DNA of 64,000 nt, taken from the NCBI GenBank assembly GCA_965213625.1, contig CBDBZU010000004.1, positions 2,592,001-2,656,000 on the forward strand, read 5' to 3'. Shown here piece after piece: positions 20,922-30,842 of the stretch (position 1 is its first letter; every line of letters starts with the position of its first letter). The notes below the pieces were generated by a model. It searched no databases. It saw only the letters and a program-made list of their open reading frames with translations, and had not been told where the DNA came from. Source of the stretch: a bacterium (GTDB taxonomy: Bacteria > UBA8248). The translations under genes were made by a program, and so were the position numbers.

Positions 20922-21427
20922 GCGAAAAGGCGCGCGCCTATATCGGCGCGGGCGCCAATCTGGGCGAGCCGGTTCGTCAACTCGGGCAAGCTATTGAGGA
21001 ATTGCGCCAAAGCCGGAGTATCAAATTTCTCGGCGCCTCGTCTTTTTATCGTACGCAGCCCATGGGTCCCGTCGAACAGCCCCCTTTCATCAACGCCGTT
21101 TTTTCGCTCGAATGCGGTATGAGCCCGCAGGAATTGCTCGCGCTCATTCTGGATATTGAACAAAAGATGGGGCGCGTAAGAGGGGAGCGGTGGGGTCCCC
21201 GGTTGATCGACCTGGACCTGCTCTTCTACGGCGATGCGGTCATCGAGGAACAGGGTCTGGAAGTTCCGCACCCCAGGTTGCACGAGAGGCGCTTCGTCCT
21301 CACGCCCTTGGCCGAAATCGCACCCGGCCTCGTTCATCCCGTCATCAAGAAATCCGTTTTAGAACTCCTGGCCGAGCTTCCTGCGGGGGATTTCTGGGTC
21401 GAGAAGCTGGAATTGGAATCCCCGTGA
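20918..21427 (+). CDS. folK: 2-amino-4-hydroxy-6-hydroxymethyldihydropteridine diphosphokinase
   Basis: [28 protein letters not shown]. Confidence 0.97.
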   Translation: MSEKARAYIGAGANLGEPVRQLGQAIEELRQSRSIKFLGASSFYRTQPMGPVEQPPFINAVFSLECGMSPQELLALILDIEQKMGRVRGERWGPRLIDLDLLFYGDAVIEEQGLEVPHPRLHERRFVLTPLAEIAPGLVHPVIKKSVLELLAELPAGDFWVEKLELESP

Positions 21428-21460
21428 AGCCTGTGCCGCCTCCTAGGGGCAACCATTTTT

Positions 21461-21685
21461 GGGGTTGGTGAAATAGTCCTCCTTGAAGGGAAACTGCCTA
21501 TAGCGCATTCGTCGCCCTTGTCTGTAAGACCATCTTCATCCCGAGTAGGCGCGTTTGCGCGCCGTATCGAGGGAGCGCGCCCTTCGATACGCCGCCTGCG
21601 GCGGCTACTCAGGGTGAGGTAGATATTGTGCTATATGAGATGATGGGAACGCCCTGTTGCCAGAACCAGGATATTCAACAACTCC
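21461..21685. repeat. MITE-like element with imperfect TIRs enclosing a multi-hairpin repeat (21535-21618)
   Basis: Left GGGGTTGGTGAAATAGTCC versus right reverse complement GGAGTTGTTGAATATCC; internal CATCCCGAGTAG...CTACTCAGGGTG and GTATCGAGGG...CCTTCGATAC stems. Confidence 0.6.
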
Positions 21686-21782
21686 TTGTTTTCAGGGTCT
21701 TGTTTTTCCCTCTGAATTTTAAGAAGATAGACTACCGCCGCCCGCAACGGTGCGTGTTGCCCGTTCTGTCCCGAGATTCCCG

Positions 21783-22637
21783 ATGAAAGTTGTCGATACG
21801 CCTCAAAATATGCGTGAAGTGGCCGAAACTCTCAGGCGGGAAAATGCCCCGCTCGGGTTGGTGCCCACGATGGGAGCGCTGCACGAGGGGCACAAGAGCC
21901 TTATCGCGCGCGCGATGAGCGAAAGCGGCGCCGTCGTCGTGAGTATTTTCGTGAATCCGGCCCAGTTCGCAGCCGGAGAGGATTACGACACCTACCCGAG
22001 GACTTTCGAGGCGGATTTGGAAGCCTGCCGGGAGATGGGCGCAGCTTTCGTCTATGCGCCCAAGGCAAGTTCCATGTACCCCGGCGGATACGACACCTGG
22101 GTGGACGTGCCCGGTCTGGGCGCGCCTCTTTGCGGGGCGCACCGGGCAGGACACTTCCGGGGCGTCGCCACGGTCGTGCTCAAGCTGTTCACCGCCTGTC
22201 TTCCGCACCGGGCGTATTTCGGAGAGAAGGATTATCAGCAACTCGTCCTGATCCGCCGGATGGCGGATGATCTGGATTTAGGCGTTGAGATTGTTCCCTG
22301 CCCGATAGTCCGCGAAGACGACGGGATGGCGCTCAGCAGCAGGAACGCCTATTTATCGGATGATGAGCGGTTTCGCGCGCGCGCCATCAGCGGCGCCTTG
22401 TTCGATGCGAAAAAGAAGGTGGCGGCCGGGGAGAGATTGAGCGCCGCCCTCATTCAGTCTTGCATGGATGAACTCGAAAAAGTGGGGTCTCGGGTCGATT
22501 ATGTGGAAATCGTGGACCCGGCGACACTCGAAAAGGTAGAACAAATCAACGGCGCCGCCCGGATGGCCGTGGCGGCCTATATCGGCGAAACCAGGCTTAT
22601 CGACAACATCTCATTGGAGCCTGACGATGAGGCGTAG
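21783..22637 (+). CDS. panC: Pantoate-beta-alanine ligase
   Basis: VPTMGALHEGH, SIFVNPAQF, FGEKDYQQ, ALSSRN, RLIDN. Confidence 0.97.
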   Translation: MKVVDTPQNMREVAETLRRENAPLGLVPTMGALHEGHKSLIARAMSESGAVVVSIFVNPAQFAAGEDYDTYPRTFEADLEACREMGAAFVYAPKASSMYPGGYDTWVDVPGLGAPLCGAHRAGHFRGVATVVLKLFTACLPHRAYFGEKDYQQLVLIRRMADDLDLGVEIVPCPIVREDDGMALSSRNAYLSDDERFRARAISGALFDAKKKVAAGERLSAALIQSCMDELEKVGSRVDYVEIVDPATLEKVEQINGAARMAVAAYIGETRLIDNISLEPDDEA

Positions 22638-25290
22638 TCTTTTCATTATTGCGGCGTTCTTCCTTGCGGGGTCCGTGTTGGCGCCGATTACACCTGCCCG
22701 GGCGCAGTTCAAGGAAACGCCGCAGTCTCATCTGGAATTCGGCCTGAACACCTACCGGGACGGGTTTTACGAGCCCGCGATAGACGCCTTCAGGGACTAC
22801 CTGAAAGCGGCGGGGAACAGCAAAGCGGCTTCTATCGTGCGCTATCTCCTCGCCGAGGCGCTTCGTCGTGACGACAGGCTCAAAGAGGCGATCGCCGCGT
22901 ATCAGGAGTTTTTGAAGCGGCATCCCCGTCACGAAAGGGCCGGCGAGGTTCAGTTCCGAATCGGAGTGCTCGCCGAGCGGGTCGGGGAGAGGAAAGAGGC
23001 GATACGCGCCTATTCTTCCGTCAAACCCGGGCGCTACCGTATAGAGGCCGTCTACCGGGTCGCCGCGCTCAGGCTGGCGGCGCGCGAGTGGCGCGGTGCG
23101 GTAATCGCGCTCGATGAATTCATCAAGTCGGCGCCCAAAGACCCCCGCGTGGAGAATGCCCTGTTCGAGCGGGCCATTGCTCTTGATCACATACCGCTGA
23201 TTAGGGAGGCCGAGAAGGCGTACAGCCTGGTCGTGCGCCGTTATCCGCGCAATCCGAGAACGCACGCCTTCAGGCTTCGGCTTGCGAAAATTCAACTGCA
23301 ACTCAAGAAGTTCGGCTCGGCGGAAAAGACGTTCGAGTCATTGTTTCAGGGAAAACCCGGAGAGAAAAAACGCGCGGACCTGAGGCTGGGCCAGGCCGCG
23401 AGCTTGTTCGCGCAAAAGAAGTACAAGAAGGCGGGTGCGGCATTCGAAGCAGTTCTTGGCATGAAACTTTCAGAAACACAGCGCACGACGGCGGAGCGGG
23501 GTCTGGCGTCTTCCTGGTGGCGCGCCGGTGAATACGCGAAAGCCGCACCGGCCTATCAACGGTTGATTCGGGAGCCGGCCGAGGATGGGGCCTACTTCTT
23601 GTTTTTCTTGCAAAGTGTGGAGAAGGCGGGGCTTTGCGCGGAGGGAGGTGGGAAATATCTCGCTTTTGCGCTCGACGCCCTCGGCAAAGGCGCGCCGCTG
23701 CCGTCTTCTTCACGCTTCCGGTTGGCGGATTGCCTGCTTGGCGCGCGCTTGAAGAAAGAGGCGCTGAGCCAATACGACGAACTCATCCAAAGTGCGCCGA
23801 ACACGCTTGAGGCCGTATGGTCCGGACTGCGTCTGGCAGAGTTTCTCGAAAAAGAGCCGAAGCGAAACACGCAAGAACTGCTCCAGCGGTATCGGCAGAT
23901 ATTGGCGTCATTCGACGAACTCGGAAAAACGGAGAAAAAACTCGAGCCCGAACTCATGCGGGCCGTATACCAAGGCGTACTAAGGGCGGCGTTCATCCAT
24001 AATGCGCAAAAGGATTGCGGCAGGTCCGTTGCTCTGGTGAAAGTGGTTCCCGAAGCGTATGTTCCCCGGACCTTGCGCTCCGAAGTGGCCTTCCTGAGAG
24101 CCGAATGCGCATGGGGGGCGGGTGAATTCGATGAAGCGGACAAGCATTATCGTCAAGTAGCCTCAGGCTCAAGGCGCCCCGAACTCGTCATCCGGGCGCG
24201 GTACCGGCTGGGCGAGTTGTCGGAGAAGCGTGGAGACAAGAAAGAGGCCTTGAAGCGTTTTCAGGGCGTTTTGCCGCATCTTCCCGAAGAACTGAAGCGC
24301 GAGGCGCGCCTCAAAATCGGCAACCTGTATCGTGCGCAAGGCGATTTTCAGAATGCGCGCACGTTTCTCCTCCCGCTCGCGGGCGATGAGGCGGTGAGCG
24401 CCTCAAAGAGGCGTTCGATCTGGTATTTCCTGGCGCGAAATGCTGTCAGCGCGCGAGACTGGAACGGTGCGGATGCGGCCTTCTCATCCTGGGATGCGCT
24501 CTCTCCGTCCGATCCCGGCGAGGGGCTCAGGCTGTGGTCGCTCGTGTTGTTCGAGCAAAAAGACTGCGCTCGCGCCTTGAAGATATCGGGGCGGGCGCTG
24601 CCGCATGAAATGACGAAGAACGAAAAATTGGCATTGCGCCGGCTTCGCGCGGCGTGTTTGCTGAAAGAGAATAATCTGGAGGAATTTACAAGTGAACTGC
24701 GCCATGTTCTGGCCCTGGCTCCACATGACGCCGAGGTGGCGCTGAGGTTGGGCGAAGCTTATGAGAACTTGGGGGATGGTGACAAAGCCGCTCGAGCCTA
24801 TACGGATTTTCTCGGCAAATTTCCTGAAATCGACAAAGCGGGTATGGTGGCCTTGCGGCTCGGTACGATTGAACTGCAAAGAAAACAGCCCGAAGCGGCT
24901 TCGGCGGCCTTTCGTATCGCCGCAAAATCGGATGACGGGAACATTTCGGGCCCCGCGTTGTTTCAAATCGCAGTGCGGTTTGAGAAAGAGGGGGAATGGA
25001 ACAAGGCGCTCGATATTTTCGAGTCGCTGATGCGCTCGGGTCCAGGTCATAGAGAGTGGGTGCGCCTGGCGACTTGGCGCGCTGCGGCGATACGTGAATC
25101 GCGTCAGGAGTGGAAGAAGGCCATCGGCCATTACCGAAGCATTGCGGCGCTCGCGAATGGAGATGCTTCGGCGCGGATGGGCGAGGAAATCAAGAAAGCG
25201 AGACTGAGAATTCACAAAATCGAGTCTTTTTTGGCTTCTGTCAAAGAACGTGAATGGAAAATGAAAAATCAAAAGCCGATGCTTCGATGA
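22627..25290 (+). CDS. Large exported TPR-repeat protein (887 aa)
   Basis: Signal peptide ending ARA; many TPR units of the BamD/CpoB-like type (AYQEFLKRHP). Confidence 0.85.
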   Translation: MRRSLFIIAAFFLAGSVLAPITPARAQFKETPQSHLEFGLNTYRDGFYEPAIDAFRDYLKAAGNSKAASIVRYLLAEALRRDDRLKEAIAAYQEFLKRHPRHERAGEVQFRIGVLAERVGERKEAIRAYSSVKPGRYRIEAVYRVAALRLAAREWRGAVIALDEFIKSAPKDPRVENALFERAIALDHIPLIREAEKAYSLVVRRYPRNPRTHAFRLRLAKIQLQLKKFGSAEKTFESLFQGKPGEKKRADLRLGQAASLFAQKKYKKAGAAFEAVLGMKLSETQRTTAERGLASSWWRAGEYAKAAPAYQRLIREPAEDGAYFLFFLQSVEKAGLCAEGGGKYLAFALDALGKGAPLPSSSRFRLADCLLGARLKKEALSQYDELIQSAPNTLEAVWSGLRLAEFLEKEPKRNTQELLQRYRQILASFDELGKTEKKLEPELMRAVYQGVLRAAFIHNAQKDCGRSVALVKVVPEAYVPRTLRSEVAFLRAECAWGAGEFDEADKHYRQVASGSRRPELVIRARYRLGELSEKRGDKKEALKRFQGVLPHLPEELKREARLKIGNLYRAQGDFQNARTFLLPLAGDEAVSASKRRSIWYFLARNAVSARDWNGADAAFSSWDALSPSDPGEGLRLWSLVLFEQKDCARALKISGRALPHEMTKNEKLALRRLRAACLLKENNLEEFTSELRHVLALAPHDAEVALRLGEAYENLGDGDKAARAYTDFLGKFPEIDKAGMVALRLGTIELQRKQPEAASAAFRIAAKSDDGNISGPALFQIAVRFEKEGEWNKALDIFESLMRSGPGHREWVRLATWRAAAIRESRQEWKKAIGHYRSIAALANGDASARMGEEIKKARLRIHKIESFLASVKEREWKMKNQKPMLR

Positions 25291-25297
25291 GGGATAT

Positions 25298-28200
25298 ATG
25301 ATGTGTTTCGCGCCGTTAAATTTCCGGTGCAGGTTTCTGCTTGGCCTGGTGGTCATTTTCTGTGGCTGTTTGAGTGCGGGAAGCGCCGCGTCGGCGCAGG
25401 GAGGAAACGCCGCCGGCGTGAAACAACTCACCATTTCCTTGCCCGAAGTCGTGGTGGAATCGCCCAATATAGAGCACCTCATCGCGGCTCGCGTGCGCCC
25501 CGTCCCGCCTAAGCGACTGGGCGTTCGTCTTCCCGCCGTTTTTGTAGAGATTGAAACGCCACCGATTCGTCTGCCTGTCCGCCCGATTCCACATGAGAAA
25601 AAACCGGACCTGGATTTGACGCAACTCTACAGTAGTTTGTCGGATGACTTTATCGGAGAGAATGAACACTTCAACACGGCGTATGCCTATCTGCAAAAAG
25701 GCTCGCCCGTCGAGGCGCTCGCTCTATTCGATGCATTGGCGAAAAAAACGGAGCTTCATTTCTGGCGTGCGGCGGCGCTCTTCTGGGCGGGAGAGACGCT
25801 ACTGGCTTTAAGAAAACCTCAGGAGGCGAGGGATAGAAGAGAGAGGTTGTTGAACTCGTTTATGACCGACGGTATGCGCTATGTGGCGGCCGCCAGATAC
25901 GCCCTGGCGCAGGAGCGTTGCGAGGTGCGTGATTACGAGGGATGCCTCAGCCTGCTGGAAGGGCAAACATGGGAAAAGGATATACTTGCTTATGAGCAGG
26001 CGATTTTCCTGAAAGGCTGGGCGCAGGCGAAAGCAGGTTCCGTCGATGATGCGATTGATACATGGACGGTGCTTGCCAATGATAAAGGGCGCCTCGCGTC
26101 TCAGGCCCTTGTGGCGCTCGGACATCTTCACCTTCAAAGAAAAAACTATGCACAGGCGGAAAGACGCTATGTCGCGGCCGAGGCGCTCGGTTCAGACAAA
26201 GGCGAGTCTGGTGATGCGCTTCAGGGAGATGCGCTCTACGGCGTCGGCTGGACGCGATTGTTCCTGGGCAGAACCGAAGAAGCAAAACGCGCTTTTTCCC
26301 GTTTTATGCGCCGTCATCCGAAGCATATCCTCAAAGTTTTCGTGCAGGCGGGTTTGCTTTCCGCTGAAATCGAATCGCTCCAAAAATCCCGGAAAGGCCT
26401 GGACACGTTAAAAGCCGGCCTGGAGGGATTTTCTCGCGCCAATCGCCGAAAAACGCTCGACGGCGCCTTGCGCCTGCAAATGGCCTGGAAGCTGTTCCGG
26501 ATCGGGGGGTATGGAGAAGCGTCCGTTCTGGCGGGAAAGGTGAGCGATGAGTTCCCGCTCGGCAGGATCTACCGCATCGCGAGGGTCGTGGAAGGCCTCT
26601 CCCGATACCATCTCGGCAAAGTGAAGCGCGCCTACGGGATTCTGCGGCAGGGTGCTGATTACCCGCCGGTTTCCGTTCACCGGCTGGCGGAGCAGGATGC
26701 CGCTCGTTCTGCGGCCATGGGAACGGCATTTGCCGCATTCAGGCTCCGGGATTTCAGGGGCGCTTTGAATGTGCTGAAACATTGGGCTTTCCTGCCGGAG
26801 AGAGGATCCTCGGTTTCCCCGGATGGTCTGGCCATTTTGTGGTACGCAGAGGCGGCCTTCGAATTGGGCAATCTCGATGAGGCTGCTCGCGCCTTCCGGG
26901 CGGTTCCCGAGCGGACCCCCGAGTATTACCGCGCCCTGGGTGGGCTTGCGTGGGTTCAGTACAGTAAGAAGAACTGGAAAGAAGCGGCGCTCGCCTTCGA
27001 TCGCGTATTCGAGCATAAGCCGGGTGGCGTCGTGGCGGCGGAAGCGCTCGCGCGTGCGGGAGAGGCCCGCTTTAACCTTAGAAACTATGACGGCGCCTTA
27101 CAATCTTTCGAGCGAATCGAGAGGAAGTACAGAGGCAGCGACGTCGCAAAGGAAGCGTTGTACCAGAAGGCGAAATTGCTGTTCAGGCGCAGTCGTTTCG
27201 GTGCGGCGGAGAAGAACTTCCATGTCTTTTTGAAGCGCTACCCCAAGAGCAAAGCGGTGGTCGAGGTAAAATATTTTCTGGCGCTGATTCCTTTCCGAAA
27301 GGGCGATTATCCCCAGGCGCGCAAGAAACTTCTTGAATTTCGTGAATCATATCCAGGTTCCTCCTTGGCGGGAGACGCATATTTACGCCAGGCCGACTCA
27401 TCCTACAACGAAGGCCGCTACAGGGAAGCGAATCTCTTATACCGCCTGATGATGAATAAATATCCTGATCACCTGAAATTCTCCGAAGCCGTCTATGGCC
27501 GTTTGCTCAGCCATCTTCAACTCGGGGAATATGCGAAATTCTTGTCAGGCGCGCGGGAGTATATTGAAAGCTATCCGGAGAACAACCTGAGCATTTCCCT
27601 GGCATTTCAGATTGGTGAGGTTTTGCTCACGCAGAGGGACACGGCAGGCGCCCTGAAGGCGTACAAGGATGTCGTCACGCTATACCCCGACAACGATTTG
27701 GCCGCTCATGCCCTGCTGCGAGTGGCGGGCATACACCGAAGCAAAAAAGATATCGACAAAGCCCTCGATTCATACGAGACTTTGTTGACCCGGAATCCGG
27801 CGGGTGGTTTCCGCGCCGACGGGCTTTTCGGCGTGGGGGAAACGCTGGCGGGCATCGGGCGGTGCGCGGAGGCGAAACTGAGACTCACTGAATTTTTGGA
27901 GACATTTCCTGGACATGACTACGAAATGCTGGCCCGATTCGCCCTGGGACGCTGCCTGGTTCGGCTGGTCGAAAACGGCGCGGCGCTCTCTCACTTTGTG
28001 CTGGTCATGAACAATGAGTTCGCAGGATTGGCCCTGCGGAGCCAATCTGGCCTCCTGGCGGCCGAGCTATACAGGAAGCAGAGAAAATACGCCGATGCGC
28101 AGCGCGCGCTAAGCGCTGTCATCGAGTTTGGAGCGCCGGATCTTGCGGCGGAGGCTTATTTCGCGCACGCCCGGATATCCTCTGAACGAAGAGTTCCAGG

Positions 28201-28432
28201 CGCGGCGGCCGAGTACTTGAAGTTGACCTATCGATACCCGGATCAGAAGATATGGGTCGCGCGGGCATTGAGGCGGGCGGGTCAGTTGTATGAAAAAGCA
28301 GGGAAGCGCACGCTTGCCCTCCGGATTTTCCAGAAGATGAGCAAAGTGGTGGAAGATCCCGCATGGAAGCGAAGAGCCCGAAACGCCATCAGACGAATTA
28401 CGAAAAAAACCAGGAAGCGTGCAAGACGGTGA
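25298..28432 (+). CDS. Large exported TPR-repeat protein (1044 aa)
   Basis: Signal peptide, Pro-rich N-terminus, numerous TPR units ending in YP. Confidence 0.85.
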   Translation: MMCFAPLNFRCRFLLGLVVIFCGCLSAGSAASAQGGNAAGVKQLTISLPEVVVESPNIEHLIAARVRPVPPKRLGVRLPAVFVEIETPPIRLPVRPIPHEKKPDLDLTQLYSSLSDDFIGENEHFNTAYAYLQKGSPVEALALFDALAKKTELHFWRAAALFWAGETLLALRKPQEARDRRERLLNSFMTDGMRYVAAARYALAQERCEVRDYEGCLSLLEGQTWEKDILAYEQAIFLKGWAQAKAGSVDDAIDTWTVLANDKGRLASQALVALGHLHLQRKNYAQAERRYVAAEALGSDKGESGDALQGDALYGVGWTRLFLGRTEEAKRAFSRFMRRHPKHILKVFVQAGLLSAEIESLQKSRKGLDTLKAGLEGFSRANRRKTLDGALRLQMAWKLFRIGGYGEASVLAGKVSDEFPLGRIYRIARVVEGLSRYHLGKVKRAYGILRQGADYPPVSVHRLAEQDAARSAAMGTAFAAFRLRDFRGALNVLKHWAFLPERGSSVSPDGLAILWYAEAAFELGNLDEAARAFRAVPERTPEYYRALGGLAWVQYSKKNWKEAALAFDRVFEHKPGGVVAAEALARAGEARFNLRNYDGALQSFERIERKYRGSDVAKEALYQKAKLLFRRSRFGAAEKNFHVFLKRYPKSKAVVEVKYFLALIPFRKGDYPQARKKLLEFRESYPGSSLAGDAYLRQADSSYNEGRYREANLLYRLMMNKYPDHLKFSEAVYGRLLSHLQLGEYAKFLSGAREYIESYPENNLSISLAFQIGEVLLTQRDTAGALKAYKDVVTLYPDNDLAAHALLRVAGIHRSKKDIDKALDSYETLLTRNPAGGFRADGLFGVGETLAGIGRCAEAKLRLTEFLETFPGHDYEMLARFALGRCLVRLVENGAALSHFVLVMNNEFAGLALRSQSGLLAAELYRKQRKYADAQRALSAVIEFGAPDLAAEAYFAHARISSERRVPGAAAEYLKLTYRYPDQKIWVARALRRAGQLYEKAGKRTLALRIFQKMSKVVEDPAWKRRARNAIRRITKKTRKRARR

Positions 28433-28469
28433 TAATCGAAGGCTCCCATATACTTAAAGGGGCAAATTG

Positions 28470-29069
28470 ATGTTTGAATTTTTGGCCAGAGGCGGGGTGT
28501 TGATGATTCCGCTGGGCGTTTGCTCCATCTTGGCCGTGGCCATCATCCTGGAGCGGACGCTGAATCTACGCACCCAGAAGATCATTCAACTCGATATTCT
28601 GCAGCAGGTCAGGGATCTGGTTGCGGAGAACCAGGTGTCTGACGCCATGACCCTTTGCCGACGCTATCCTTCGGTCATGGGCAGGATACTGCTCGTCACG
28701 ATAGCGAGTCACGATAGGAATCGGGAAGAACTCCGCTCCGTCGTGGAGGACGCGGGCAGGCAGGAGGTGACCACGCTCGACAGGAACCTGGGCGCCTTGG
28801 GAACGATTGCCGCCATTGCACCGCTGCTGGGGCTGACGGGTACGGTGTTCGGCATGATTCGCACCTTCGCCATCATCAGCGAAAAGGGAATCGCTCATCC
28901 CAGCCAACTCGCCGGCGGCATCAGCGAGGCCCTTATCACGACGGCAACCGGACTCGTCATCGCAATTCCCACGCTCATTTTCTACAACTATTTCACCAAC
29001 AAGGCGGACCGCCTCATCCTGGAAATCGAAAAGCACTCCTACCGGGTCGTCGAGACGCTGAAGAGGTGA
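28470..29069 (+). CDS. exbB: MotA/TolQ/ExbB proton channel protein
   Basis: APLLGLTGTVFGMI and GISEALITTATGL. Confidence 0.9.
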   Translation: MFEFLARGGVLMIPLGVCSILAVAIILERTLNLRTQKIIQLDILQQVRDLVAENQVSDAMTLCRRYPSVMGRILLVTIASHDRNREELRSVVEDAGRQEVTTLDRNLGALGTIAAIAPLLGLTGTVFGMIRTFAIISEKGIAHPSQLAGGISEALITTATGLVIAIPTLIFYNYFTNKADRLILEIEKHSYRVVETLKR

Positions 29070-29076
29070 GCATGCG

Positions 29077-29502
29077 ATGAAATTTCGAGATCTCAGGCGC
29101 GTACGGGCCGAGCCCGGCATGACGGCCATGATCGACATCATTTTCCTGCTGCTGTTGTTCTTTGTCCTGAGTTCTTCATTCGTTTTGCAGCCGGGCGTCA
29201 AGGTGGAGTTGCCGCGGACCGTCACGCAGGAACACCCCGTCCGCAAGGATTTGATCCTCATTATCTCGCGTGATGAAAGGGTGTTTCTGAATAATGATCA
29301 GGTGCCCCTGAAATCGCTCTGGGGCCGGTTGATAGAAGAGCTGAAAGTACAGCCCGAAGGCATGATGATCATTCGAGCGGACAAGGGCGTGCCGCATGGT
29401 CTCGTGGTGCAGGTGATGGATATCGCCAAACAGGCGGGCGCCCTGCGCATGTCCATCGCGACGGCGCCGACGAAACGGGTGCAGAAAAAGAACACGCAAT
29501 AG
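29077..29502 (+). CDS. exbD: ExbD/TolR family protein
   Basis: MIDIIFLLLLFF TM with conserved Asp; IRADKGVPHGLVVQVMD. Confidence 0.9.
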   Translation: MKFRDLRRVRAEPGMTAMIDIIFLLLLFFVLSSSFVLQPGVKVELPRTVTQEHPVRKDLILIISRDERVFLNNDQVPLKSLWGRLIEELKVQPEGMMIIRADKGVPHGLVVQVMDIAKQAGALRMSIATAPTKRVQKKNTQ

Positions 29503-29527
29503 CCCGAGGGAGGCAGGCTCAAATACC

Positions 29528-30367
29528 ATGAGCTTTTCACTCATCCTGACGATCTTGATTTCCATCGCCCTTCATGTCGGCTTGATACTGCTCGGTCCTA
29601 CAGTCAAACTGCCGACGATATTCGCCAAACAGCCCGAAAGGATGGAAGTTGACCTCGTGCGCCGCGAGGTTCCCATCCCAGAAGCGCTGCTGCCGAAGGT
29701 GCTGCCCGAAGTTCCTCTGCCCGAGCCGCTGGATTTGAGCCGTATGCTTCAAAAACAATCCACGGAGGAACGGGACTTGAACCTGGACGTGAAGACGAAG
29801 CTCGAAGCGCCGGATCCGGGGGCGTTGCCCGAGAGCGAGCCGCTGCCGGACGCCCCCGCTTTGGATATGCCGAAACCGGTGCTCACCCCCGGTGAGATAC
29901 CCTCGATGGGCGCTTTGGAAGCGGGCGGGGCGCTGGACGAGATTGTTTTACCGATAGATGGCAAGGCAGGGGAATCTAAGGGTTTGAAGCGTGGTAAAAA
30001 TATCACGTTGCCGGGTTCCGGAGCGGACCGGAAAATGTTGGAGCAATTATCGCGCCTGAACTTCTCTCGCCCGTCCCGGGATAAGAAACGACCAGCCATT
30101 GCGGGGCCTGCGGCGAGGCGGAGAATCCTGTTTCAACCCAAGCCCCCGACACTCGAGAGGCTCGAGAGCACCACGGAGATCGTGCTGAAGTTCTGGGTGT
30201 TGCCCGACGGCACCGTCGGCCGCGTCATCCCGACCAGAAAAGCGAGCGCTTACCTCGAGGGCCTGGCTTCGAACCATCTGAAGCGCTGGCGCTTCAGTCC
30301 GCTGCCCCCGGGCGCCGAGGACAAGGAGCAGTGGGGCGAAATCACTTTCCGTTTCCTTTTACGCTGA
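29528..30367 (+). CDS. TonB-family energy transducer
   Basis: N-terminal TM with S-x3-H (SIALH), Pro-rich spacer, TonB_C-like end (VLPDGTV...KRWRFSP). Confidence 0.8.
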   Translation: MSFSLILTILISIALHVGLILLGPTVKLPTIFAKQPERMEVDLVRREVPIPEALLPKVLPEVPLPEPLDLSRMLQKQSTEERDLNLDVKTKLEAPDPGALPESEPLPDAPALDMPKPVLTPGEIPSMGALEAGGALDEIVLPIDGKAGESKGLKRGKNITLPGSGADRKMLEQLSRLNFSRPSRDKKRPAIAGPAARRRILFQPKPPTLERLESTTEIVLKFWVLPDGTVGRVIPTRKASAYLEGLASNHLKRWRFSPLPPGAEDKEQWGEITFRFLLR

Positions 30368-30377
30368 GGAGTGTGTT

Positions 30378-30836
30378 TTGGAATACGAGGCTACGGGTTT
30401 GTTTTATGAGGAGTTAGAAGAGGGTAGGGCGTGGAAGACCGCCGCGCGCACGATTGGAGAGTCCGACGTCAATGCCTTCTCCGCCCTCACGGGCGATTAC
30501 ACCTACCTGCACACCGATGCCGAGGCTGCGGCCAAGACGCCTTTCGGGGAAAGAGTGGGCCACGGATTGCTCGGTCTTTCCTTCCTCATGGGTTTGGTGA
30601 CAAGGCTCGGAATTATCGAGGGAACGGTGGAGGCGTTTTTGGGCCTGGAATGGAGGTTTCGCGGCCCGATTCGCTTCGGAGATACGATTTCAGGCGAGGT
30701 TGTCGTGAAATCGAGGCGCATTTCCAGCAAGGGGCAGGGTTTGGTGACGCTCGCCCTGAAGCTCTTGAACCAGCGCGATGAGCTCATTCACGAGGGCGAC
30801 GTCACCATCATGGTGGAGCGCAAGGAGAAGGAATAG
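30378..30836 (+). CDS. MaoC-family (hotdog) dehydratase
   Basis: FSALTGDYTYLHTD, FGERVGHG; TTG start with GAGGAG. Confidence 0.85.
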   Translation: MEYEATGLFYEELEEGRAWKTAARTIGESDVNAFSALTGDYTYLHTDAEAAAKTPFGERVGHGLLGLSFLMGLVTRLGIIEGTVEAFLGLEWRFRGPIRFGDTISGEVVVKSRRISSKGQGLVTLALKLLNQRDELIHEGDVTIMVERKEKE

Positions 30837-30842
30837 GGATAT

